In this document: positions 48,080-57,504 of the stretch, piece after piece | Layout of the letters: every line of letters begins with the position of its first letter | Numbering within the stretch: the stretch's first letter is position 1 | Origin: an uncultured delta proteobacterium | Lineage (GTDB): Bacteria > Desulfobacterota > RBG-13-43-22 | Direction of reading: 5' to 3' | Assembly: GCA_963711835.1 (NCBI GenBank) | Contig: CAVQFQ010000012.1 | Span: 32,001 to 96,000, forward strand | Length of the DNA: 64,000 nt | The notes under the pieces: model-generated | What the model saw: the letters and a program-made list of their open reading frames with translations, nothing else | What the model was told of the DNA's origin: nothing | Databases searched by the model: none | Program-made: the position numbers and the translations under genes

Positions 48080-48281
48080 TTTTGCCACAGACAAAGACCA
48101 GACAGGGTGGCGGCGACACGCCGCCACCCTAATCGTCAGCGCCGTTGGGGCATATAAAGTTTTCCCTCGCGGAGCGATGGCGTGTTATGCCCGTTCATAG
48201 CCTGCCCGTAGGTATTAATACGGGGTCGAACGGGCATAAAAATATCGTCCGCCTTTGTCTGCGTGCGTCTGTGGCAAAAAA
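48080..48281. repeat. REP/MITE-like palindromic element
   Basis: Outer arms TTTGCCACAGAC / GTCTGTGGCAAA; inner perfect hairpin AGGGTGGCGGCG-ACA-CGCCGCCACCCT; internal GCCTGCCCGTAGGTATTAATAC shared with about 23919-23945. Confidence 0.6.
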
Positions 48282-48756
48282 AGTTGGACCGCCATGGCTT
48301 TTCCTGCTGGTCTTCCTGATTATTTGGTTCTGCCCCTTTTTCTCTTTGGCCGAAGCCGACGTCAAGGAAGGCCCCAAGGTCCAGTCAAACCCCAAAAAGT
48401 CCCAAACCGGCAAGGCCTCCTACTATTGTAAAAAATTTCACGGGGGCCGAACCGCCAGCGGCAAAATCTTCAATAGGCATGAATTAGTCGCCGCTCATCC
48501 CAGCTATCCATTCGGAACCCTCCTCCTGGTAACCAACCTGGAAAATAACCGTCGGGTCAAGGTTCATGTGGTGGATCGAGGACCCTCCAAAAGCCACCGG
48601 GCCAGAGGGATCATTATCGACCTCTCACGAGGTGCAGCCGAAAAATTGGGGATGGTTAAAAAAGGTCGGGCTCAGGTGAAGGTTGAGGTCCTGGTTTGGG
48701 GAAAGTCAAAAAAAATAGCCGGAGTGATCGATGGAAACGCATATTCCGAATCGTGA
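48271..48756 (+). CDS. rlpA: RlpA-like (DPBB) lytic transglycosylase
   Basis: GKASYY...GGRTASG...AAHPSYPFGT...VVDRGP...IIDLS; start uncertain. Confidence 0.8.
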   Translation: MAKKVGPPWLFLLVFLIIWFCPFFSLAEADVKEGPKVQSNPKKSQTGKASYYCKKFHGGRTASGKIFNRHELVAAHPSYPFGTLLLVTNLENNRRVKVHVVDRGPSKSHRARGIIIDLSRGAAEKLGMVKKGRAQVKVEVLVWGKSKKIAGVIDGNAYSES

Positions 48757-49298
48757 AGAGGCCTATGCTTTGTTGAAGGAGTATAATCAAAGCCAGGCCC
48801 TGATCCAGCATGCCCTGGCCGTAGAGGCCTCTATGCGCTATCTGGCCCGGAAGTGGGCTGAGGACGAGGAACAGTGGGGCCTCATCGGGCTGATACACGA
48901 CCTGGATTATGAAAAGTTTCCGGATGAGCACTGCCGTAAAACCAAAACCTTCTGGAGGAAAAGGGCTGGCCGGATGACACTATCCGGGCCGTCGTCTCTC
49001 ATGGCTGGGGATTGTGTTCCGATGTCGAACCCCGAACCCGCCTGGAAAAAGCCCTTTATGCCATCGATGAATTGACCGGCCTGGTAACGGCCGCGGCCCT
49101 GGTCCGCCCGTCCAAAAGCGTCCGAGACCTGGAAACCAAATCGGTCAAAAAGAAATGGAAGCAGAAAAATTTCGCCGCCGGCGTCAACCGCGAGGTCATC
49201 GAAAAAGGAGCGGCCAAATGCTGGGGGCGGATTTGGACGAATTGATCACCGATGTCATCCTGGGTATGCGCCAAGTGGCGGAGAAAATCGGTCTTTAA
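48731..49298 (+). CDS. HD-domain (HDIG) hydrolase, frameshifted
   Basis: HALAVEA...GLIHDLDYE...DELTGLV...KFAAGVNRE across frames. Confidence 0.82.
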
Positions 49299-50060
49299 TT
49301 GATGAGAGATTCCCATTCCAAAGCCGTTGTCTTGCTGAGCGGCGGGATGGATTCCTCCACTACCGTGGCTATTGCTCTCAAAAAGGGGTTCGAGGTCCAT
49401 GCCCTGACCGTTCGCTATGGCCAGCGGCACCATGCGGAATTGGAGGCCTCCCGGCGTATAGCCAATTTTTTTAAGGTCGCCGGCCACAAGATGATCGACC
49501 TCGATCTGAGGACCTTTGGCGGTTCGGCCTTAACCGCAACCATCGAAGTCCCGAAAGATCGAAGTTTGCAGGAGATCTCAACGGATATTCCGATTACCTA
49601 TATACCGGCCCGCAATACTATCTTTCTATCCTTTGCCCTGGCCTGGGCCGAGATTCTCGGCGCCCAGGATATCTTCATCGGGGTCAATGCCCTGGACTAC
49701 AGCGGCTATCCGGATTGCCGTCCGCAATTCATCAAGGCCTTTGAGAAAACGGCCAATCTGGGTACTAAGGCGGGGGTCGAAGGAAGGAAATTTAAAATCC
49801 ATACCCCCTTGATCACCATGACCAAGGCCCAGATTATAAAAAAAGGGCTGGAGCTTGGGGTGGATTTTTCCTTGACCAGCACCTGTTATGACCCTTTCCA
49901 GGACGGAGCCGCCTGCGGCCGGTGTGATGCCTGCCTGCTTCGCTTAAAGGGATTTGCCGAAGCCGGGTTAACAGACCCGGTGAAGTACTTAGCCAAAAAA
50001 TTTGAATTTATGGCTAAAATTCGAAATCCGAATTTCGAAATTCGAAACAAATTCAAATGA
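49299..50060 (+). CDS. queC: 7-cyano-7-deazaguanine synthase
   Basis: LSGGMDS, YIPARN, YPDCR, CY...CGRCDAC. Confidence 0.95.
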   Translation: MMRDSHSKAVVLLSGGMDSSTTVAIALKKGFEVHALTVRYGQRHHAELEASRRIANFFKVAGHKMIDLDLRTFGGSALTATIEVPKDRSLQEISTDIPITYIPARNTIFLSFALAWAEILGAQDIFIGVNALDYSGYPDCRPQFIKAFEKTANLGTKAGVEGRKFKIHTPLITMTKAQIIKKGLELGVDFSLTSTCYDPFQDGAACGRCDACLLRLKGFAEAGLTDPVKYLAKKFEFMAKIRNPNFEIRNKFK

Positions 50061-50153
50061 TCAAATTTCCAAATTCGAAAGTAAATGTTTTGGTCTTTGA
50101 AGTTTTAGACATTCGTGCTTGTTTCGGATTTCGTGCTTCGAATTTCGGAATTT
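50017..50153. repeat. Heptamer-repeat (TTCGAAA-type) inverted hairpin element between queC and queE
   Basis: AAATTCGAAATCCGAATTTCGAAATTCGAAAC...GTTTCGGATTTCGTGCTTCGAATTTCGGAATTT. Confidence 0.75.
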
Positions 50154-50156
50154 AAG

Positions 50157-50797
50157 ATGATTTACACCGTTAAAGAAATCTTCTACTCCATCCAAGGTGA
50201 AGGGGCCCAGGCCGGGCGGCCGGCCGTCTTTTGCCGCTTTTCCGGATGCAACCTCTGGTCAGGCCAAGAGGCAAATAGAAACAAAGCCGTCTGCAAGTTT
50301 TGTGATACGGATTTCATTGGAACGGATGGCCCGGGGGGAGGCAAATTTCAAACCCCTCAGGCCCTGGCCAAGGCGGTGCGTGATAAATCTCCCGCCCCAT
50401 CTTCCCGAAAAGGGCGCTCCCTGGTGGTCTGCACCGGCGGCGAACCGCTGCTTCAACTGGATGAATCCCTGGTGATGGCCTTTCATGACCTCGGTCTGGA
50501 AGTGGCCATCGAGACGAACGGCACCCTCCTGCCGCCGCCGGGCATCGACTGGATCTGCGTCAGCCCCAAGGCCGGGGCCGATTTAAAATTGCTGTCAGGC
50601 AATGAATTGAAATTGGTTTTCCCCCAGGAAGGATTCAACCGGAGATCTACGAGGACTTAAATTTCACCTATTTCTTTCTGCAACCGAAAGACGGCCCCGA
50701 TCTGGAACAAAATACCCGGTCAGCCATCCGCTATTGTCTCGCTCACCCCCAGTGGCGCCTCAGCCTGCAAATACACAAGTTGCTGGGGATCCCTTAA
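50157..50797 (+). CDS. queE: 7-carboxy-7-deazaguanine synthase (CX14CX2C radical SAM; frameshift near 50640)
   Basis: EIFYSIQGEG, GCNLWSG...VCKFCDTDF, TGGEPLL, IETNGT, VSPK; C-terminal WRLSLQIHKLLGIP in another frame. Confidence 0.92.
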
Positions 50798-50842
50798 GGT
50801 GAGAGGGCCGCCGAGCTATTTTTTTAAAGCTCCAGTAGATGT

Positions 50843-51310
50843 TTAGGCAGGAAACGAGATTCTCCTACTCACCTTCCAACAGATTCGGAATAATAGCAGA
50901 AACTCTGGGGGACTTACTATTTTAAAAGGAAAGGGCCCCGTCATTTTTGAGAGATGCGAAAAGTCTTTTATATCGCCAGTAACCAGAAAATCCGCTTTTC
51001 CTTTAAGAGCCGAAACCAAGACTGGCACATCCTTATCTGCGGTGGCCCTAAGATATTTTATTTCTTCGATGCTTGGCAGAGGGATAATGGTCAGGTTTAG
51101 TTTAGGAAGCTTATCAAGAGGGATGCAGGCAGGCATCTTCTTATTCAGGTTCCGCTCGATTTCAAGGATATTATCATTGATGTTTAAACCTTTAAGAAAA
51201 GGTAGATCAAGGCTTAAAAGGTCGAGGAGGATCCTGGGTGCTCCCCTTGCAAAGGAGTCCTCGAGGATGACATTGGAATCGAGAAAAACCTTAACGATTT
51301 TTCCGGCCAT
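50843..51310 (-). pseudogene. PIN-domain toxin, apparently degraded
   Basis: VFLDSNVI...DKDVPVLVSAL...FLVTGDIKDF; short internal segments look scrambled or deleted. Confidence 0.6.
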
Positions 51311-51580
51311 AGGTTTCCTTGAATGGTCCTGCCTCTCTCCTCTTTAAGACCCTTTAAAAGTTCTTCGACCGAACTGCCCAGAGGTTTTGAGTATTTTCCG
51401 GATCTCTCTCCTGGCTTCTTCCAACGGAAGCCTTTTGGGGGTAATAATAATCGAATCTCCCACCGGAAGAATGGAGACGACTTGACCTTCATCCAGTAGC
51501 CCTGCTTCCCTGATCTTCTTGGGAATGGTTAACTGGCCCCGAGCTTTGATTTCAGCCTTATAGGCTTTGGCAGTTTGCAA
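51291..51580 (-). CDS. AbrB/MazE-type antitoxin (frameshift near 3' end)
   Basis: IKARGQLTIPKKIRE...GQVVSI. Confidence 0.8.
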
Positions 51581-51664
51581 ACCTCACCTCACAATTAACT
51601 TATTCTGAATTTCAGAATATCAGAAGAATCAGAATAAGTTACAGCGGTTATTTAAATTCAGTTT

Positions 51665-52051
51665 TTATATCTCCACCAGCAATTCTGGATGCCGTTCTAT
51701 CAGTTTAAGCAGTTTCACTAAGGGGCCGGGCGGCCGGGTTTCGCCCCGTTCATACCGTGAGAAGGCCACCTTGCCTACGCCAAAGGACTTGGCCAGCTCG
51801 GCTTGCGTCAGGTTCAGTTTCTTACGGATACGCCGAATATCTGCGCTGATATCCCCCTCAGCCGCTCGCAAGAGTGCCGCCTGGGCTTGGTGCAACGCCG
51901 GTAACTCTCAGTGTCCCAGACACCCTCGCCGCACGATGAGCAAATTTCGCCATGCATAGCGTGCAACGTCAATGAATGGCTTCCATAAGAAAGGGTTTCA
52001 TCTTTGGTTTTGGCCACCATCTTCAGGATGACCACAGGCTGGACACTTCAT
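51665..52051 (-). CDS. MqsA-like Zn-ribbon/HTH antitoxin (frameshifted)
   Basis: MKCPACG...CSSCGEG...IRRIRKKLNLTQAELA...FSRYERGETRP. Confidence 0.8.
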
Positions 52052-52060
52052 AATATGGCC

Positions 52061-52120
52061 TCACTTGTCCTTGAATTGAATAATCGGCGGACGGTCGTCG
52101 CTGAAATAAGTTATCTTGAC
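52061..52120 (-). pseudogene. MqsR-like toxin C-terminal stub
   Basis: VKITYFSDDRPPIIQFKDK* immediately upstream of the mqsA-like gene. Confidence 0.55.
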
Positions 52121-52132
52121 CTCGAAGTTGCA

Positions 52133-52254
52133 TAAAAATTGATCGATCAATGTTTTTTCTCAATTAAAACGGTGCGTTCTAACGATTTCAGAGTCGAGAC
52201 CAAAATTCACTCCAGGTGAGGTTTAACATTTTAAAAAGTATCGATCAATTTTTA
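52133..52254. repeat. 122-bp element with 15-bp perfect terminal inverted repeats
   Basis: TAAAAATTGATCGAT ... ATCGATCAATTTTTA. Confidence 0.7.
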
Positions 52255-52465
52255 CCCTTCGGGAAAGTCTGGGAAGCCGTCCCGCCCCGGCGGGATTGTC
52301 CAGGTCCCGCATAGGGGGATTCGCCCTGGACGCCTTGGATCTGCAACTTCCGAAACTTTTGCAACATCGAGGTTAATTCTGATTTTCAAAACCATCCCCC
52401 GTTTAAGAGCCAAGAGCAGACTTGACCCCTTTTCCATTATCTGTCAATAAGGAAATTCTTATCAA

Positions 52466-52545
52466 ACGATCTTCATAGACTTGCTCCAGGGTTTCAAGTT
52501 GGTCTTCCACGCAGCGATAATAAGGGGTCTGTTTGGGGTTTATTC
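52466..52545 (-). mobile_element. IS91-like transposase N-terminal fragment
   Basis: NPKQTPYYRCVEDQLETLEQVYEDR resembles the start of IS91/Y2 transposase Zn-binding domains (recalled). Confidence 0.45.
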
Positions 52546-52572
52546 GAAACATGCATGGTGAGTTGAATAACT

Positions 52573-53925
52573 TTAATGCTGTTTGTTCTTCTTCTCCTCG
52601 TACATCAGCGTGTCTGCCTGGGCCATAAGTTCATCGAGAGAAAAGTGTTTTTTAGGGTCATAGGGTGCTATGCCTATGCTTAGGGAGAGTGTATAGCTTC
52701 TTCCTTCAGGTCTATTGTAATCATCAAGGTAATTATGTAGACGCTTCATGATAACTTCTCTGGTTTCATTAGTAGTATCTATTGCAAGGATAACAAATTC
52801 ATCCCCTCCCATACGGCCTATGATATCTGATTCCCTGAATACCTCTTTGAGGATAGTTGCAATCTCAACAAGTGCCTTGTCACCCTCCTGGTGACCCAAT
52901 ATATCATTAATCTCTTTCATTTTATCCAGATCAGCAAAGAAGAGGAGCATGTCCTTCTTTGTCCTCTCTGTAACCTTCATCTGTTGCTGGGCAAGGGTGA
53001 AGAATCCTCTTCTATTATATAAGCCAGTAAGATCATCTATTATTGACATGGTCCGGAGTTTTTCTTCCAGTTCTTTGCGCTCGGTAACGTCCCTGAAATA
53101 TGCGAGTGTGGTTGCTTCTCCTTGGAAGGCGACTCGTGTTGCCGAGATTTCAATATAGATTGGTGTGCCGTCTTTTCGGATCCCTTTAAATTCGTACCTC
53201 AAGGGGACGAACTCACCTCTTTCTCTCTTCCGGTTACGTTCTGCGACCATCTCAAGATCATCGGGGTGTACTGTTATAAAATGGGGCTTCCCTATAACTT
53301 CTTCAGTTATGTCATAGCCGAAAATTTCCAGGAATTTTTGATTGACGTAGACGTGTCGGCCTTCCCGGACAAGGGCCACCCCGTCATGGGAGTGTTCGAT
53401 CGCCGTCCGGTACCGTTCTTCCGATTCCCTCAGCTTGCTTTCCGCCTCTTTGCGCTCGGTGATGTCGCGAAATATTCCCTGCAACAGCTTTCTGCCCTGG
53501 AGGTACAGGGGATTCGCTTTGATTTCCACTTCTCTAATGTCGCCTGTCCTGGTAACAACCTGCGTTTCTATGATTTGCCATTGTTTATCGGTCAGGTGTT
53601 GCTTGAATGTGGGGGAAACTGCCGCCTTGTCGTCTTGTGGTGGGTGCAGAATCATCTGCGGTCGCCCGATCAACTCTGCCCGCTCTCTGCATACTAAAGC
53701 CGCCAAGGCCTTGTTGCAATCAATGATGATTCCTGTTTCCGCATCCGCCAGGCAGATACCGTCCAGGGAATCGTTAAACAGGGTTCTGTAGTGTTCCTCT
53801 CTCTCCAGCAGCGCTTCCTCCGCATGCTTGCGCTCGGTTTCTGATTTTTCGAATTCAGCAATCCTCCGGCGAAGATCTTCCAACTCCTGGATCAGTTGCT
53901 CTTTAGTCTTCCTGTTATCGTCCAT
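52573..53925 (-). CDS. PAS-PAS diguanylate cyclase
   Basis: DDLTGLYNRRGF, RESD I-site, GGDEF intact. Confidence 0.95.
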   Translation of the reverse strand: MDDNRKTKEQLIQELEDLRRRIAEFEKSETERKHAEEALLEREEHYRTLFNDSLDGICLADAETGIIIDCNKALAALVCRERAELIGRPQMILHPPQDDKAAVSPTFKQHLTDKQWQIIETQVVTRTGDIREVEIKANPLYLQGRKLLQGIFRDITERKEAESKLRESEERYRTAIEHSHDGVALVREGRHVYVNQKFLEIFGYDITEEVIGKPHFITVHPDDLEMVAERNRKRERGEFVPLRYEFKGIRKDGTPIYIEISATRVAFQGEATTLAYFRDVTERKELEEKLRTMSIIDDLTGLYNRRGFFTLAQQQMKVTERTKKDMLLFFADLDKMKEINDILGHQEGDKALVEIATILKEVFRESDIIGRMGGDEFVILAIDTTNETREVIMKRLHNYLDDYNRPEGRSYTLSLSIGIAPYDPKKHFSLDELMAQADTLMYEEKKNKQH

Positions 53926-53953
53926 TCTTGAAATCTCCTGGTAAGGCTTTCAC

Positions 53954-54130
53954 AATGAAAACTTTCACCCAAACCCAAAACCCTCGAACTTCAAATAGAC
54001 TACTCGGACTCCCAGCTTCCTTTTTATGAGGATCAGGATTTCGGAAATTCCTCTGATCACTCGACCGGTTAAAGGAAATTCGGGAGGCAACGGGAGTAGT
54101 TTGGCCAAATTGTGGAAGTCTGCCCCATTT
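53954..54130 (+). mobile_element. IS91-like transposase C-terminal remnant
   Basis: PKPKTLELQIDYSDSQLPFYED...* resembles recalled tails of deltaproteobacterial IS91-like transposases. Confidence 0.35.
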
Positions 54131-54168
54131 TTTCCTCTTATCCCTCCCTATTTGTAAAAACTACCTCG

Positions 54169-54415
54169 TGGAAATGGGGACGCTGATAAAAAAGTAAATT
54201 ACCATAGGGGAGCATTTGATGTGTTTACCATATATACCGAATGAGTTTATTACTTATTGATTCCTGTGAAGTAACCCTGGTTTTTGAAATAATGATGATT
54301 CTCACAATAATTTTTTGTAGTATTTACCGGATATTGAAAACAGCATACTTTATTATTTTACTTCAAATTGGGTTACTTCTCAGGAATCACTTATTTACCA
54401 GCGTCCCCATTTCCA
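54169..54415. repeat. About 250-bp AT-rich element bounded by inverted repeats
   Basis: TGGAAATGGGGACGCTG ... CAGCGTCCCCATTTCCA (17 bp perfect, about 26 bp with mismatches). Confidence 0.75.
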
Positions 54416-54446
54416 TTAACCTCGATATTTAAAAGCCATGAGAAAG

Positions 54447-55706
54447 TCAGTTTAGATCATGTGTTGTCTTAATCGGTTGTATCTTTAATACTTCTTCGGC
54501 TATTATTGAAAGTACCTCCGCTCGTAGCTCATCGATTGAAATAGAATTTTGACCTGAGCATCGTTGTCTCATGTCATCGTTTGCTACAAATTTCGCTGGA
54601 CTAACCCCACCAAACACGTTTTGAATTCTTTCATTTTCACAACGGCGATACTCGCCTCCAACCTTTCCTCGGATTAACTTATCAAATATTGTATTATTTT
54701 CTTTTACTGCCATCACTACATACCCATACTCAATAAATGTTCCACCCGAGATGACTTCATAGAGATATGTTGAATTTCTCGGCATAAGTAGAATCGCACC
54801 AACGAAATTTACTTGTCCTACTGAATAAGAAATAGTTTGTGATCTTTCGGGTATCGTTTTTTCATCATGGCGCACTCTCTCAATTATCAACGCAATTGAT
54901 TTTTCTTTAGGGACATTAACCCATTCAACTCCCCTGATTTTGCTACGGAAAATTTGGAGCAAATCTTCATATAAAAGGCGATCCCCCCCTTTTAAATATA
55001 AAAATACGTGTGTAGTCAATTCATCTTTTCGTTTATTAGCAAATTCAGGGAAGACCGTCCCAATTAGCCCGATTTCATTGCTTCGAATGTTAATTGTTGG
55101 TAAAAGGGACTCTATTCTCTTTCCCTCCTCCGAATCTGGTCCGACTTTTTTAACATATTCGACTAAAGCTCTTATCGGTCTACTTCCTGAACCATTGCTC
55201 TGAAAATCTCTGATTGACCGATTAACTATGATCTGCTGGTGTTGAGGGGTATCGAGGGATGGGAAGAGGCCTATATCATCGCCTAAAATGAAATGAATTG
55301 TCCCTTTAATGTTGCCCTCGGTGACCACTTTTTCCAGTTTTTCATAAAGACTACTAACTTCAGCTGGTTGGAATAAGTTGGCGGAATCTAAAAATAATAA
55401 TCTCCTATAGGCAGTGACAGCGTGATTGGGAGCCGATATTTTGTCAATCAATTTTTCAAAATTTGCGAGGTAATAATATCGAATCGCTGGATAGCTGTGG
55501 AATAGCTCCCTCACTTTAGGAATGGCCGTTGGACGAGCCAGAGCTTTATCGATATGTTGTACCCCATTAATATTTTCGTTTTTAGAGAAAGCTACTCGCG
55601 CCTCATCAATATGATAAGTAGCTTGGTCTTCGTTTGTCCGTGGATAGGTAGCACATCCCAAAAAAAAGATAGTTACGCTTATTGTGACTATAATGCTTAA
55701 TTTCAT
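54447..55706 (-). CDS. Hypothetical lipoprotein, AT-rich
   Basis: Signal peptide with lipobox FFLG|C; 419-aa open frame. Confidence 0.75.
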   Translation of the reverse strand: MKLSIIVTISVTIFFLGCATYPRTNEDQATYHIDEARVAFSKNENINGVQHIDKALARPTAIPKVRELFHSYPAIRYYYLANFEKLIDKISAPNHAVTAYRRLLFLDSANLFQPAEVSSLYEKLEKVVTEGNIKGTIHFILGDDIGLFPSLDTPQHQQIIVNRSIRDFQSNGSGSRPIRALVEYVKKVGPDSEEGKRIESLLPTINIRSNEIGLIGTVFPEFANKRKDELTTHVFLYLKGGDRLLYEDLLQIFRSKIRGVEWVNVPKEKSIALIIERVRHDEKTIPERSQTISYSVGQVNFVGAILLMPRNSTYLYEVISGGTFIEYGYVVMAVKENNTIFDKLIRGKVGGEYRRCENERIQNVFGGVSPAKFVANDDMRQRCSGQNSISIDELRAEVLSIIAEEVLKIQPIKTTHDLN

Positions 55707-55835
55707 TTTCCTATTCTTTCTTTACGTCTCTTGAGTACACTAAAGATCAGAATTGCGAACCTGTTACCTTTTCTCCCTCACGAAGACTTGACTCTTTGAT
55801 TGTATTAACTTTAGGATCTGTTCTCTTTAAGTATT

Positions 55836-56597
55836 TTATTTAATAATTTTATAAATTCCCCCAGATTTGCTAATATTAACACGGTGCTCTCTCTGTAGAT
55901 GGTGAATGTGAGTTTCGATTCTTCTGGCGGTTGTAATTAAATCCCTAGTTGAAAACCCTTTTTCTATCAGTATGGAAGCCATTTTTCTTATTGAGGCTCC
56001 TTTTTCTAATAATCTATCTATCATCCCCCCTTGTTTTTCAAAACTATGATTATATTCACTGCGCTCAAAGCCATTAGATTTAGGCAACACATTATAGGAT
56101 TTATTTTTCTTCATTGGTTGGACAGTAAGAGTATTTGTCTTATTAGACCCTACAACCATAGGGGCATCCATTCGTTTAATTTGATGAGCAGTAAACGGTT
56201 CAATATCTTCGGGAGTAAAACATTTAAGCAGCTCTTCATCATTTTTATCCTTAAGGAAATTGATTAGATTCGAAATCGTTAATTCTTTCCATTCTATTCC
56301 ATGATGGTCCAATGCACGTCGTAAATTAAATGGGACTTTATTATTAACCAACATTACTCTGATTGTTGGATCATCTGCAGTAAGCAATAATCCCTCATAA
56401 TCCAAAATTTGACCTATGTGATCCCTTTTTATAATTCCCAATTTTAATTCGACAATGAGTTTATTTTTATGTCTGTCTTCAAATAAGACATCAACATACT
56501 TACCTTTTAGATTAACTTGCCTTCCGCTTAATAATAACCCACCTTCTATCAATTCAGGATATTTAACCAGGATATTTTCAAATTCATGTTCTTTCAT
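55836..56597 (-). CDS. NucS-like PD-(D/E)xK endonuclease domain protein
   Basis: E..L..YPELIE.GL...VDVLFEDRHKNKLIVELKLG...IGQILDY; short C-terminal HTH-like segment. Confidence 0.7.
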   Translation of the reverse strand: MKEHEFENILVKYPELIEGGLLLSGRQVNLKGKYVDVLFEDRHKNKLIVELKLGIIKRDHIGQILDYEGLLLTADDPTIRVMLVNNKVPFNLRRALDHHGIEWKELTISNLINFLKDKNDEELLKCFTPEDIEPFTAHQIKRMDAPMVVGSNKTNTLTVQPMKKNKSYNVLPKSNGFERSEYNHSFEKQGGMIDRLLEKGASIRKMASILIEKGFSTRDLITTARRIETHIHHLQREHRVNISKSGGIYKIIK

Positions 56598-56659
56598 AGT
56601 TACCCCTTGTTAATGTCTGATTATAAATACCGTAGACAGGCCGTATTCGCTGAGTGAAC

Positions 56660-57001
56660 TTATTTTTCTTGGGAATGATTAAGGTGGTCATAAATGGAAT
56701 CCCCTGTATCGTAGGATTCAAAAAACTTTTTTTTCGATGCCTCTCGCCACATGGAATCCTCGTCACCCTCATCAATAATAGATATTTGAATGCGCTTTCC
56801 CGGTTCAGCGGAAATGGGTTGACTCAGTTCCAGATGGGTCAAATCCACTATTTTTGCTGAAATAATTTCCATTTCTCCTCCTTTTAAGCCCTTCCAGTCT
56901 TCTTCTACTACCGGGGAAACAATGTCCCCCATAAAGGTGACGGTGTTTTTTGAGGAAGGTTTGCGGTCGGTTTTAGAATTGTCTTGGAAATCGTTATTCA
57001 T
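56660..57001 (-). other. Chimeric antitoxin-like ORF(s)
   Basis: GDIVSPVVEEDW (antitoxin-tail-like), then AAGGAGG-MEIISAKIVDLTHLEL... small ORF. Confidence 0.45.
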
Positions 57002-57408
57002 CGTCCACGAACCCCTTCAATGTAGCGATCCGTACTGGAGGGTTTCTTTAAAATCCCCGAGACCGCATCCACCGGATGTTCCTTCTTACTCCCCTTCTGA
57101 ATTATTTGAATATTTTCAAAAACCTTTTCATCAATCTGGCTCAATTCCCAGTTGTTCTGCAAGTTAAGCCAAAACCGGGGGCTTCCTCCCAAAGCCTTCG
57201 ATAGCTTCCTCGCCATTTCAGCGCTTATCCCTCTTTTTCCACGAATTATTTCATTAATAGTTTTTGGCAGCACGCCAATATGTTTCGCCAGAGCCGATTG
57301 GGTAAGACCAATTTCCTCAAGTTCATCCCGGAGTACTTCCCCGGGATGAACAGGGGTATAATGATTGATATCCTGTGTGCCTTTATTTTTAAAGGTTTTT
57401 ATGGCCAT
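56998..57408 (-). CDS. HigA antidote with a HigB-like N-terminal stub and an AbrB-antitoxin-like tail
   Basis: MAIKTFKNKGTQDI | PVHPGEVLRDELEE...FWLNLQ | PVDAVSGILKK..STDRYIEGVRGR. Confidence 0.7.
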   Translation of the reverse strand: MAIKTFKNKGTQDINHYTPVHPGEVLRDELEEIGLTQSALAKHIGVLPKTINEIIRGKRGISAEMARKLSKALGGSPRFWLNLQNNWELSQIDEKVFENIQIIQKGSKKEHPVDAVSGILKKPSSTDRYIEGVRGR

Positions 57409-57504
57409 TTTTTGTCTTAAAGAAATTCTGTCTAACTATACCACATTCCGGTATAATATCGAAAAAAATTCAAGTGGTCCCAACCTGTTCTGAACAGGCC
57501 AAGA

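Noticed and set aside
49299-50797. queC/queE as a dpd 7-deazaguanine DNA-modification defence system
   Set aside because: No dpdA/tgt-like or other dpd genes nearby; context fits ordinary queuosine biosynthesis
54150-54200. c-di-GMP-I riboswitch upstream of the diguanylate cyclase
   Set aside because: The GGAAA..GGGACGC resemblance is on the opposite strand to the gene, lacks the second stem and is explained by the inverted repeat with 54399-54415
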